From positions 2,294,001-2,358,000 of the forward strand of contig NW_027271014.1 of assembly GCF_040938485.1 (NCBI RefSeq): a DNA stretch of 64,000 nt, read 5' to 3'. Below, piece by piece: positions 33,206 through 46,380 of the stretch (position 1 is the first letter of the stretch; each line of letters starts with the position of its first letter). This DNA is from Diadema antillarum. Taxonomy: Eukaryota. A program made the position numbers and the translations under genes. Below the pieces are notes generated by a model, which made no database searches, had not been told where the DNA came from, and was given only the letters and a program-made list of their open reading frames with translations.

Positions 33206-35285
33206 AAATATCTTAGCTCTATTTTACAGAATACCCCATTCAATTGGTTAAGCGGGTCACAGAGAAAATTAATGTAGATTGTTGTAAAGCATGTCATGAG
33301 TCTAATTCTTTAAATCTTAGCAATTCAATGTTCTTGTGTCTGAATACAACAGACAGAATTTGGAGGGAAGACATTACCCTTATATTCCCCTATATTCTGG
33401 TAAATAGCGCTCTCGATGGGCGATGTTGAGAAATTTCTGATATGGCGTCATGTAGACTTTGTGTTGCTCCACCCATTGTGTCAAATATTGATAAGACGGT
33501 AATACATCAGAAAAGAAGTTATGAAAGTGGGGGTACGATGTGCCGCCCCCTTGGGCCTTGGTATAGGGTCGAAATAGCTTGGGTTTATAGGGTTAAGGGA
33601 ACCGGGAATACCATAAACTCTATTACGATCTACACAGTGTACCATATTTTGTAATTATAATAGAATGCTTAGTATGTATGGATGAGTTCTATCGCTCCAC
33701 TCTGCGCTCGGTCTAAAGAACAGGACCGATTAGATTGTTTTAGTGTGCTTGCAAATTGTGACCCTTTAACGCACTTATCCTTCCGCGGCCAGCGACGGCG
33801 GCGCTACCTGCGCACTAAAGACAAAATAGCGTCTGCAGGACCCGAAGAACTCTAAACCAATGATGAGTGGTCTCTGCCGCATTACTTTGCAGCTACCATC
33901 CATGGTCTTATCTGGAAGCAAATTAGTACAAGCAGATGGTCTGAAAGTGAGACTACTTCATTCTTGTACCGTGTATTGTCGCATGAGGGCGAAATCCAAA
34001 CAAAAGTTTACGGCACTGAAAACTTAGTGGGAAGGCATGCAAAGTGACTGCACGATCCATCATGAGACAATCATAAATATTCCGTAAAGTGGACCAGCGG
34101 CCCAGGCCCCGTCACCTGCTCGAAACTTTAGATATCAAAGTACACCTTGAAGTACAAAAACACAAGAAGAAGTCATATCATAGTGTCAAGAACACTGCAC
34201 AGGTGTCTCTTTACAAAATGCACTTACACGTGGTAATTAAATTGCTTTTGGAGGTTGAATGCGCAGCAGTCTTAAAAAAAAAAAAAACCAAACCCGAAAT
34301 TAGCACAGGTTAAATTATTGTGTTGGAAACACTCTTTCTTTAACAACCTCTGAGCAGAGACCAAAGTATCAGCCGATTCCCGATCCCCCTTGAAATTTTA
34401 GGGCTGAATGTTAATAAGTTGGTCTTTTGAAACACGGCAGACCCTAGCTGTTTTTGTTTTTTGTGTATTACTCGGAATATTATTGCACTTTTTCAAGACA
34501 ACATGTTTGACATGTTGTGTGTGTTCGTCGAGAATCAGTTGCAACAAGGGAGATCTGATCAGTAGCAGCAAAAAGAAGGCACAAAGTACGCCTATAATTT
34601 GTCACAGTCGCTTCCTCGGTGGCACATAAACACACGAACACAGAATTGAAGGGAAAAATATCATGTTTTCATGCTTCATCAAAGTCACTACGCTCAGATA
34701 ACACTATTCCTTTCTTTCGGTGAAATAGGGCACGTCGAAATATGTGGGAAGGATAAAAAAGGGGAAAAACTCCTGTATTCAATAATTCTCTATCCCATGA
34801 TTCTCAGGTTAAAACTCCCAGGTAAAAAACGAAGAGGCTGAAAAGACAGATTGTTGTCTAAATGAAATGAAGGGATGGGGATATTTATTTCTTATCCCCT
34901 AAAATGTGTCCCAACAATGGAACCGCACAAAATAGTTTGTACCGACCGTATAACCTACATGGATTAAGTAGCGAATTTTTGCGATACTCTGTGCACAACA
35001 ATACCGTTATGAACGTCGGCTAGTCCACCACAATCATACTAGACACGCGGACGGCACAGGCGACTTGGATGCGACCATCGCGAATGTTTCAATAATCATA
35101 TCCACACACCGTGTCCCTGGTAAGTTTAGCGGAAAGCGATAGCGATATGAATATCTGGAATCTCCTTGAGCTCCTCAGATGGTCTTATAGGTGTTCACAA
35201 CAAAGCAGCTTATTGTTATCATCATTATTATTTTATTCGACTAGATAAAGAGCATACAACATTGTATACGCATTTCAAACATTAA

Positions 35286-36202
35286 CCCTATTAAGCCCAA
35301 GCTATTTTGACCCCTCGCAGGCCCAAGGGGGGGCACATTGTGCCCTCCCCCCCCCCCCCCCCTATAACTTTTTTTTTGAATTTTCACAAGGTCACCCATG
35401 GAGGGCGCTATTTACCAAAATATAAAGAAATACATGGGAAATATGCTAAAAACATGATTTGTCTGTATAATTTCTTTATTCCCATTATATATGTCATATT
35501 ATACACCAATCATTTTCATATTTGCCACAAATGATAAGCAAGGGGAATTTTATTACTAGTATTTGTTATGGTTGAAATTTCTCAAGGTCACCACATGGGG
35601 GCGCTATTCATATCAACATAGAGATACATTATGAGACCTGAGATGAAATGTTTGGGATGGGTACATGTATTGTCATTTCATATTTGCATAATACTGGAAT
35701 TTTGAGATTGCACATTGATAATATGATAAACTAATGATATTAGAGGTATAACTTGGGTGAAGGAATCAAAATAACTCAAAATATAAGGGCAATCTTTAGA
35801 AAATATCATTGTTTTCAATTATCTCTATTATATCTATTGTTTTATGTCATTGTCACATTAAAACAAAGGAAATAATAAGAAAAACTTTCCAGGACCATAA
35901 TTACTTCGAATTTTGCTCCTTCAACAAATTTCAGCCAAGAAACACCCATTTCATACACCTTAAAATGCTGTTAAATGAAATGGGAACAGAAAAAAGATGT
36001 AAAATCTGACTGACATGGTTGTCAGTTTATGGTTGCCATGGCAACCAGCAACATCAAATATAGCTAAATTATATATCAAAATGTTCGCAATAAGATTTTA
36101 GGAAAAGTCACCAAATTTGGTTGAAATCGAATTAAGGGCGAAGGAGTGGCAAACGAAGATCTGGTGGGGGGGCACAATGTGCCCCCCTTGGGCTTTATAG
36201 GG
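35286..36202. mobile_element. 917-bp piggyBac-like non-autonomous element
   Basis: TTAA|CCCTATTAAGCCCAAG...CTTGGGCTTTATAGGG|TTAA with GGGGGCACAWTGTGCCCCC subterminal palindromes. Confidence 0.8.
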
Positions 36203-36254
36203 TTAAACAAAAATTGTGAACAGTATACATAGAATTAAGATAAGACTTATCATC

Positions 36255-36360
36255 TATGGAACAAACACTCACACAGTGTGGTTTATGTGGTAATGTCTCA
36301 ATTTTAAAATTGGGACATTACCACATAAACCACACTGTATGCCCATGTGTTTGTTCCATA
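36255..36360. repeat. ~106-bp near-perfect palindrome
   Basis: TATGGAACAAACAC...AATTTTAAAATT...GTGTTTGTTCCATA. Confidence 0.9.
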
Positions 36361-39300
36361 TAAGGAATATATCATGGTAGGGATAGGCCTATACAAAGAT
36401 GCAATATGTGAGCACAAAAATCTATATGGTAGGGATAAAGATGGTGACAACGTGCATGGTGTGGATAAGGGCCAACAGTAAAGTAAAGCCATCTAACGTT
36501 GCCAGGTAGGTATATGAACCCACACAATGTTGCTTCTAGAACATTGATGAAATAAAGCTTATACACCCAATGTGTCCTTTAATTTCGAATAGCGTGCGTC
36601 CGAAAAACACTGTAACGTATACTGCAAAGTCAGATTAATTAAAAAAGAACAGACAAAATCAGAGCCACAGTTGTAATTCTAAACAAGCAAACGCTTTAAT
36701 GGAGTGTCTGTGGTGAAATCCGCGTATAAAAGATAATCTTAAACGAAAGTAAGATATTATCAGCAGTTGCGATCTTACAAAATTTCATAGAGGAGACAAA
36801 TTATTGATGACACGAGCTCCTTAAAGATAATCTTATTGCACTATATAAAATAAATATAATCAAAATGACCTAATTCAGTTACATTAAAATCAATTTATAA
36901 AATAATCAGACATTTAGTTTATGAATACCAAGTCTCAAAAATAATGAGATAGTCTTGGTTACAAAAAACAAACCATACTATTACGTAATGTGTAATTTTT
37001 TGTTTTCGAGCAATTAAAATAAAACATCGTTGTGATTATGAGCAATCATTGTAATAATGGGAAAAAAATGGTATTTTTGTCTGTGGTGAAATGTAAAGAA
37101 AAAAAGCAAATTATAATGACATCATCATTACACGGTGTTACCAAATGTTCTATTGGCAAGAGGTCACAATATTCTTATTAGTTCAGTCTGTTGTGCATAA
37201 GGGTCCATGTGGCAATTGATGAGCAAGATATATTAGAAAAAAATCTTCTGCTTCGAGGGGCATAAAACTATTCACACAAAGGTGATTTCTCAACAGTACT
37301 TTGCCAAAAACGAAGTTGAGGGACATACGGCATGGTTGAAATACCGCTGAGGGCAAACAGTTTCAAGAGTAACCCGAAAGGAAGCAGTTGATATTTGTTT
37401 TATGTACCCCATCACACTTACCCAAGACATTGAAATGAAATTGTTATGAAGATGCGGGTGATATAGGGCGACTTGAGCATCTTGGAAAGCCGTTATAGCT
37501 GACTGCCTGACAGCTATAGCGAAAACTACTAGTATCAACTGTACACTGGGATTGATCAATCAGAATCTATGATTTATTAACATAGGGTCTAGGACCTACA
37601 CTATACAGAAGCGAAAACAAGAATCGACTAAAAGATTGTTTTTTAGTTGTCCTTTTCATTTAGAGCTGCATGCACCGTGTTTCACTTTAAGGACATTAAC
37701 AGTTCGTTCCATCTAGGCCGTAGCTTCAGGGCAGATATTATAGATACAACAAAAGCACATTTCCACCCATCTACATGCACATACGCCCCTTAAGTTCAAC
37801 TGTATCACCGTGATATGAAGTTTTGTCAAACTAAATTATCGCACTGGATTCAATAACGCTTCAGTTTGAACTGGATGGATGTCGACGACCAGGAAGAATG
37901 CATGGCTTTATCGTGTTTATCCTTTGTTCCGATCAAGCAATCATACGTCTCATGAGCCATCTATCAACTCAAAATATTCAACTCTGAGCTAGAGGAACTG
38001 AGCTACCTTATTTTATTTGGGTGCTCCAGCGTGAAAGCATTCATCAAGATAGTACATGCTGTTCTAAAATCATACATTCTATCCTTCAGCCATCAGCATA
38101 CACAGAGAGAAGAGGACTTGCTAGCACGGAGACATTGATGTCTGATATGCAATCGTACGCATGCAGTACTATCGAAAATAAGTTCTCTTACCGGCCATCT
38201 CTGAAATATTATATTGAAAAAAAATATTGTAATAATTGTCGTTAGAGAAAGTCGACACATGTAGAGCTGTGTCCGTCGTCTGGTAAGTACTCCTCATATT
38301 ATTCTAGTGACAGAGGTAAAGTCTTGTATCTCTTCGGAAGCTCTTACATTCAAGTTACTCCATCAGTTTCACGACTCATTCAAGTCGGTTTACTTCGTCA
38401 AACGCTTCTGAAGAAAGTGTTAGGCCTATATACTTTTCAAGCTGTTTGAATAGTTCATTTGCACGTAGCTACAATCTACAACACACACGTACATTTTATT
38501 TACACTTATTCTACCCGGTGGTTTCATATTCCCATTTTCCCGACACGAACAGGTGCTTATGTGAACTGCCAATCAGTGCAAAAAGCTGCAGCTTTTAAAA
38601 GGTATAATTTCATCGAAAATGGTATCGCTAAGAAAACGATCGATGAACTTGTTTTCATTTTCTAAATTAATGTTGATGTGATGACTGTGCACCATGTATC
38701 CTTGTATTGAAATAGGCTGTAATATTAATGGGCGTAATTGAGATATCTAAAGAGGAACATTATTAATCTATGATACACTTTCTCCCGCCTGTTTTTTAAT
38801 CATCAAAACATTGATACGTCGCATAGAAACAATGTGTCATGGTTTATTGATTTTGTATCCAAACTTTTACCTTCTCATGTTCAAGATCGACTTTACAAGC
38901 GTTCTTTGCTCTCTTTCTGATGTATATTCATAATATCGTACATGACAACAGCACTGTGGCTTAAAGTAAAAAGCTTTCTTTTACCCTATGAACATTATTG
39001 TAATGAATTACAGTAACTGCAAACTTTAAAAGACAATGCTATATTACTAAGCCTTAGAAATGAGTCTTCTGGAACTTAATTGGTTGATAGGGGAAGTATA
39101 CATCAATGACTAAATACTGCTTTAATGTACACAGAATACAAATCGGAAATTCGGTATAGGATCGATGGGATTCTTTTTGCCTTTGGTAACAAAAAATTCC
39201 AAGGAAGGGAAGCAGGGGCGAAAGAAAGAGAAGAAGAAAGAGGGAGGGGTGTTCAGGATTTTTTTGCTTTCACTTAGTGTCTGTTCCCTCAAAATTGACG

Positions 39301-39683
39301 AAAAAGAATGAAAAACGTGAAATGCAATAAACTATGGGAATATGGTGATCATTGTCGTTCTAGTACTAATGCAGTAAGACTGTGACGTAACGCATTGCAT
39401 CCTGAAATAAAATGTCGGGCTAGGGTAGCCCTCATACTGTTGTTATGCCATCGATTACGATTAGGCCACCTATGATGATTTTCGTTCTGTAAAGAAATAC
39501 ATAAACAGGAATTACAATATGTAAGAAACCGCAAAGCTTTGAACAGCTGGAGCAAGTTAAACATGAGGCCTCTATTAAAGGGATTATGTACATCGTATCT
39601 CCTGAAAAAAAAAAATTCTTATGTGCTCATTAGAACGTACTGAGGCTCAGGACAAGACATAAATAAAGGCCATGATATATTTA

Positions 39684-39824
39684 NNNNNNNNNNNNNNNNN
39701 NNNNNNNNNNNNNNNNNNNNNNNNNNNNNNNNNNNNNNNNNNNNNNNNNNNNNNNNNNNNNNNNNNNNNNNNNNNNNNNNNNNNNNNNNNNNNNNNNNNN
39801 NNNNNNNNNNNNNNNNNNNNNNNN
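39684..39824. other. assembly gap (141 N)
   Basis: N run, intergenic. Confidence 1.
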
Positions 39825-42199
39825 ACTATTTCCCCATTTCATTCATAATGATTCATAATTTTATAATTATTTATAATGATCATTTAAGCTTCTTTAAGTT
39901 CACATTACGCTTTTCTGTTATTTTTCTTCACTCTTTTGTTTGAAAGTCAACATCTGATTTAAAAAAAAAATGTCAGTAACATTTTTGATATGCTCTGAGT
40001 ATCTTTACTGCACGTCCAAAGCAAGTGAAACACACATAAGTATGACCCTACACTACAAAACCACAAATAATTGCCCCACCTGGATTTTTAATCAGGGACA
40101 GATTCGAAAACGACCATGTTTACGTCTTAGAATGACAAGTAATTAAAGGTACATGCACATTCTGGGATAGTGTGTGTTGAGAAAAGTACTTTGAAGACTA
40201 TAGGGTCTATACTCAAGTGCTTAGGCCTAATAACACCAAAATTATCAGTGGAGTTTGACTTGCCTCATAAGCTGGAGGGGGGGGGGGGGTGTTTAGTTTT
40301 TCCCAACAGTCCTCTGTACATTGGGTGGGAAAGTTGCCACGTGATGGGTGCATGATATATCCTATCACTCTACTCATAAGCTATAAGGCGGGATTATATC
40401 AAACTAAACTGAAAGTTTGCATACAAATTACGTTCATTCTATTCATGACTGATACTGATTTCCCATGCAATGTATACCATCATCCTAACGAAAGCTATTT
40501 GAGTTGAAAATAAAGAATGAACAGGAAATCAGTATCAGTCAATGTCTATTTAGAGATATAAAGACACTCAGATACCAGATGCTTGTTTCGAGTTCGCTAT
40601 CAGTAAACTATACATGTATAAGAGCATAAAATTTAATGCTCATTCAAGACTAGAAGACTTACTAAAGTTTTATAATATCCATGAACTAGAAACAGATATT
40701 CCTTTAAGGAGAACTCCAGCTGATTTTCAGATTTTTACACTGAGCAACTATAAATTGGTTATACTGGGTACAAAGTTTCAAAATTTGTGCTCCGAATCCG
40801 GAAAGCTAAGCAAGCCTCTACGCCAGACCGAAAAAAAAACCTGTCGTAGTAAAACTGAAAAAAAATCCCATTCATTTTATGCTATGAAATTATTCATCTG
40901 CTGGTAATATTACCTCATATCAATATCATGATTGTGCCAAAAAAAAAAAAATCCAAAGATGTAATTCAATTTCTGGAAAAAAAAAATGTGCAGGGTCAGT
41001 TTGTAGACCTATAAATAGCACAATCTGACTATGATCTCTATTGTGAGATCCAGCAAGTACTCATGAGAGTATTTTGTAAAACAAACTATGTAAGACTTTA
41101 CCATGCTCTTTCTTCCTATTTCTTCTCTGTCTGCTTTCAGCAAAAATAAGGTACATATTGATTTATAGTCATGTTTTGTTTGTTTTGTTTCGATACGGGT
41201 GAAATTAATTCATGTGATACATATTCAAATATATAATGGTCAGTATCCTTTAGCTGACGAATTCAGTTCTAAATTATTAACAAATTACGAGCACTCTTTC
41301 ACTGTATTACATGGCGATGCTCGCAGTATTGTAAGGAATCATTGACATGATTTATACGATATTGTTGTCTACAAGATATGAAGTTTTCAGCTGTTGGTGT
41401 CACAGAAACTTGACTTAACGATAAATCTACCCCACTGATAGATATTCTGTTGTTCGTTCTGATAGAAAATTTGGACAAGGAGGCGCAGTCGACTGTTCAT
41501 ATCACATTCAATGTAGTGTTTACGTTAGGACCTGATTTGTTATACAGTAATCGGAACTATTTTGATGGCACATGTGTTGTAATCAATATGTGCAATAGAA
41601 AAATACGATACAAGCTCCCTGATGATAGTAGTAATTCATTTTGGATAATTTTGATATGTCATTACACTTTATTAATCAAGAAAACAAATAAACTGCATTA
41701 AACAGAACCTATCAGAGAATAGAACAAAACTAAAAGTTGGCTATAGGCTGACCTTCTTTTTCATTGGTTTGTGATGCACGATCCCATAGAAGAGTATAGA
41801 ACGTATAATGTTTTATTATAAAATAAATAGTTTTTGCTATAGGTATTTTATGTATATGTCACATTTTACATTAACATCATGTAAATTAATCATATATACA
41901 TACATATATATATATACAATACATATGTTTATATTATATACTACATAATGTTGATTATGTTGCTGACTTAACATTAAGCTTTGACATAATTTGTGTTCAA
42001 ATAATGTAATACTTTGTCTCATTGTATCGATTTATTTGTTTGTTGTGTAAGAAATTTGTTGCTTTAATGGTTAAACAAGTAGCGCGACTTTAAAGACATG
42101 AGCTTGCATCAGCAGGACCAAATAAGGAGATTCTGTGGCGCAAAATGAAAGTAAAAGACAGTGGTTAGAATTCAGTGTTTCCGGCATGAAGACACCCTA

Positions 42200-42406
42200 C
42201 AGGGAAAAAAAATACGGGTAAGAACTGACCCGAAACTGGGTCCGTTAGGTTCACACACCGTTCTGGGTCAGAAATGACAAGGAATGGGGTCAGATATTAC
42301 CCCATCCTGAGTCATGACTTGGGTCAGGGTGACCAAACTCCAAGTCAGTTTTGACCCAGAACGGTGTGTGACTCCAACGGACCCAGTTCCGGGTCAGTTC
42401 CGACCC

Positions 42407-42452
<46 letters not shown>

Positions 42453-42455
42453 GTG
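42200..42455. mobile_element. EnSpm-like MITE with TA TSD
   Basis: TA|CAGGGAAAAAAAA...TTTTTAGAGTG|TA with ~80-bp inverted arms (GAACTGACCCG.AACTGGGTCCGTT). Confidence 0.7.
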
Positions 42456-42789
42456 TATACGTGTGACGTCAAAATACAGGGAAAGGGTATCACTGATGGT
42501 AGGTCTCATACTGTCTGGAATGTGGACGTCATTAAGGACGTCACAGAACAAGTTTGGTCAAGACAAGGTCATTTCAGAGAATCCATCTGGTTTCCGAGAT
42601 GGACTGGTAAACAAAGGGAATGACGTCATGCGGAGCGTTACCAATGCAAAACAAAATGGTTAAGAAAATGTTGACAGGCAGAAAACGCCAGCCAAAAAGG
42701 AAATGGGGGCAGAACTTCTGCAAGAACTTTCCAAGAAGCCACCTCATCTGACTAATTTTACATGGAGGCCTATAGTCTCATAACCTTAG

Positions 42790-43169
42790 AGGGATGGCAT
42801 AGTTTTGGTTGAAACCTGGCTTCAGCTTTTCAACGTTTTTTCGTGAGATAGTGAGAAACTGTTGCTAGATATGAAAGGGCATGTAATTCCACAAGGATTT
42901 CAACGTTTATGATATGACAATTTGATTTGTTAATGGCTGAGATATCCAAAACAAGTGTTACTCATGAAAGGTGGAACTCAACTTTTGTTAAGATATCCTT
43001 TTTATACCTTGTGTTTTGATATCTCGACCATTTAAAACTGATTTTCATCAAATAAAGCTTTGAATCCCTGTAAGAATGGTATGCTCGTAACATTTCATAA
43101 GTGGTTTCTCAGTATCTTGCAAAAAGTTACAAGCTCAATCCTAATCGCCACCAATACTATACCATCCCT
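42790..43169. mobile_element. Kolobok-like MITE, AGGGATGG family copy 2 (opposite orientation)
   Basis: ttag|AGGGATGGCATAGT...ACTATACCATCCCT|ttaa. Confidence 0.7.
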
Positions 43170-43600
43170 TTAATATATGAATATTAAATGTTTAGGCCCA
43201 AACTTCAGGTGCCGCGTACTATTGCTGAACACTCAGGATCAGGATACGTCAATTCAAATCGGGAACTTCAGTGTAGCAGAGTGTTGGAATCATGGTGATT
43301 CGAGAATGTAATGCATTTCTGCTCATTTTGGCACACTAGTTGCACAAGTCGAATGAGTTCATTTCATTAATGGTCTATTAACAATCTGCTGCATTCGGGG
43401 ATAGTCAACCATTGACTATAAAGATCCCAGTCTCAGGGAGGACTTTCATTCCCCATATCAAGAGAAAAGTCCCCAACTGTGACAACATAGACGAAAATAA
43501 TGAATGAGTGGAAGAGATATAGGAACACGAGAAAGCTAAATACAAACAAGAAAAATAGACAAACACACATTTATAAAGAACATATTGACATGTCCTAAGC

Positions 43601-43782
43601 CAGGGCTGCACACGTGCTTATACTAACCTTTTTTTTCTATTATAATTGGTCTAACCTGTCAGTCGGACAAGTAAGTACCCAATTTTCGCACATTTTACTG
43701 ATCCATACCTGAAAAAGTTACTGGTCCGACAGTGATTTTTACTGGTCAGGGACCGTCGGACCTGTGCCATTGTGTAGCGTTG
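43601..43782. mobile_element. degraded hAT-like MITE
   Basis: cctaagc|CAGGGCTGCACAC...TGTGTAGCGTTG|cctaagt. Confidence 0.4.
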
Positions 43783-44489
43783 CCTAAGTATTATTCATAA
43801 ATACCTATCACACACTTTTATTTCCTGGTTGCAATGCATGCGCACCCCGAGAAGAAGGAGCTTATATGACATTCTATATACACATCAGGGAACAAGATCA
43901 TGCATGCAGAAAGCTATAGTTTGCATGTTCTAAGCCAAGGTATACATAAGAAGATACAGTATGCATACCGCAGAGAAATGAGACCACGACGTGGATGATG
44001 CAAGCCTCTTTGTACCAGCAGGGAGGTGAGAGCTCACCTCCCTGGTACCAGCAAGTACAGACGATTGTATATCAATCTTTAGTGGGGAAGGGTGGGGGAT
44101 GCGTTTGTCGCGCAACAATAATTTATGTCTCGACAAAAGACGACATATTCATTGTCACATATACCGTTGGTGAACTTGTGCAGCCGCAGAAGCTTTCTAG
44201 ACACTCTTTTGAAGCTCAGTCGATAAAAAAAAAGAAAAAATCAATTTGAATCTTGCACAATGACGACGTGCAAAACTAAATCCTCTGTATGCCGGCCGCT
44301 GTAGCTCAGTTCCATAGTATTACTTGACATAATCTTCTTTGCGCTGCATTTATTGTGCTGAAGTTGATGTGGAAGCAGCCATGCAGTGTATAGTTCACGT
44401 ATGAACAATGCGATGTTATAGTGCATCTTGATAGCTTTACGGCAGATGGTCAAAATTTTTGGTCCCTCTTAATCTCTATGTTAAAGTGG

Positions 44490-44939
44490 TGCCAGGTAAA
44501 AAATGTCAGAGGTAAAAATGTCAGGAGTAAAAGAGTCAGAAGTAAAAATGGCAGAGGTAACAATGTCAAAGGTAAAAGTGTCAGAGGTAAAAATGTTAGA
44601 GGTGAAAAATGTAAGAGGTAAAAATGTCAGAAGTACATATGTCAGAGATTTTTACATCATTACAGTGACATTTTTACCTCTGACATTTTAACTTCTGATA
44701 TTTTTATCTCTGTCATTTTTACCTCTGTCATATTCACCTCTGTCATTTTGACCTCTGACATTTTGACCTCTGACATTATTACCTCTGACATTATTATTCC
44801 TCATATTTTTACTTCTGACATTTTTCCTTCTGACATTTTTACCTTTTACATTTTTACCTCTGACATTTTTACTTCTGACATTTTTACCTCTGACATTTTT
44901 ACTGCTGACATTTTACCTCTGACATTATTACACCAACCG
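44490..44939. mobile_element. Foldback element built from inverted arrays of a 15-bp unit
   Basis: (GTAAAAATGTCAGAG)n then its reverse complement; flanked by direct repeat TTAAAGTGG (44481-89, 44940-48). Confidence 0.7.
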
Positions 44940-45980
44940 TTAAAGTGGGTACCTGACAACGCTTAGCATAACGAGCCTCTCGAAGAACAGTGCTTGCTAG
45001 CATTAGCATTTAAAGGGATAATATAGGCCTAGTTGTGGTTGAGATGGGATTAAGGTTTTAACGCTTTGCGAGAGTTTATTTGATGAAAATCTGTTCTGAA
45101 ATGGCTGAAATATTATACAAAGATAGCGCAAACCAAATTAGTCCTAATAAAGTATGGGACCAACCTTTTATCAGCACACTGCCCCCCTTTTTTAATATCT
45201 GAGTCATTCAAAACCGATTTTCAGCCAAGACATTTTAGATTTAAATTTGTATACTTTCCAATATTTGAAACAAGTAGTTTTAAATCATGTCGTAAAGTGT
45301 TAAACCCGAATCGCCATCTCACCCTCAATTATACCATTACTTGGAGAGGCTACCCTGGGTGAGGCGGGCCATGACCACCGATACCTGGGGGGAGGAGGGA
45401 GGGGAGGGGTTCCTTTTCCTGATAAAAGAATCAAGTTGAATACGGTGAGCTGGGATCAAGGTACCCTCTTAACCCTATCATACACTGTATGTTATCTCCC
45501 TCCTGCTTCACTTCGATCGTTCCATTTCGTCGCGATAGTTTTTTTTTTTTACAGAGTCTATTGTTGTCATGTCATCAATACGATGTCAACAGGCAACTCA
45601 CATGATCACACAGGTGATACCATGGCTTACACCCACATATTGTGAAGTCCTTTTGCCTCCATATTCTATTCAGTGCTTCATGTAATAATTCTGGAATCAA
45701 TGCCTGTTTACAACATTATTTGTGTGTGTGTGTGAGTGTGTTCTTTCTCCCTCCCCCTCTCACCCTCTTCCAATGTATCCCAACAATGGAGCCAGGTAAA
45801 TCATTCAATCCATGCATGCATTTCTCAGTCTCTTTTTCCTTTATGTGTTTGTTTCCTTCATATCTACGTTTCCTGCTGGAAAGAACACAGTCTCTCACCC
45901 TGTGAGAAAAATAGTGTTTGTTTGTTCGTTCATTTTCCCATCTGAGAGATGGCTTGATAGCCCATATTCAGCTACGTTAA

Positions 45981-46359
45981 AGGGATGGTACAGTTTTGGT
46001 GGAGATGAGAATTGGGCTTTTAACTTTTTGCAAGATGCTAAGAAAACACTTAAGATAGTAGAGAAAATACCATTTTAAGAGGAATTCAAAGTTTATTTGA
46101 CGAAAATCGGGTTTGGAATGACTGAAACATTCAAAAACAAAGCTAAAACAAAGCGATCGTAGTAAAGTGTGGGTCCCACACTTTATTAGAATTGCTCTTT
46201 TTTTGATATCTCAGCCATTTCAGTACCAATTTTCATCAAATAAACGTTGAATTCCTCATATAATTACATGCTCTTTCAATTTTATAAGAGGGTTCTCATT
46301 AACTCACCAAAAATGTTAGAAACCTGAAATTAGGTCTCAACCATAACTGTACGGTCCCT
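45981..46359. mobile_element. Kolobok-like MITE, AGGGATGG family copy 3
   Basis: TTAA|AGGGATGGTACAGT...ACTGTACGGTCCCT|TTAA. Confidence 0.8.
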
Positions 46360-46380
46360 TTAAGCTGAACTTCCATGGGG

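Larger units (their letters stand above)
30692..33592. mobile_element. piggyBac-like non-autonomous element carrying nested insertions
   Basis: TTAA|CCCTATCAAG...TTTATAGGG|TTAA; both ends resemble those of 35286-36202. Confidence 0.6.

Noticed and set aside
34940-35130. CpG-rich segment ending in CTG/GTAAGT as an upstream plus-strand exon
   Set aside because: Only a donor-like hexamer 12 kb upstream of the ATG; no further support.
36032-36045. Perfect X-box as the dynein core promoter
   Set aside because: It lies inside a TTAA-flanked transposon about 10 kb from the ATG; kept only as a TE-borne motif.
37800-38400. Possible decayed coding sequence in the intergenic region
   Set aside because: Frequent stops in all frames I read and no recognisable motif.
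44421-44966. Pentapeptide-repeat ORFs (GKNVR, SDIFT) as proteins
   Set aside because: Direct translation of the 15-bp foldback arrays.
45786-45795. ATG GAG CCA G/gtaaat as first coding exon of the ZU5-DD gene
   Set aside because: Phase 1 donor does not fit the phase 0 acceptor at 48499; 47619-47666 fits and has a better start context.
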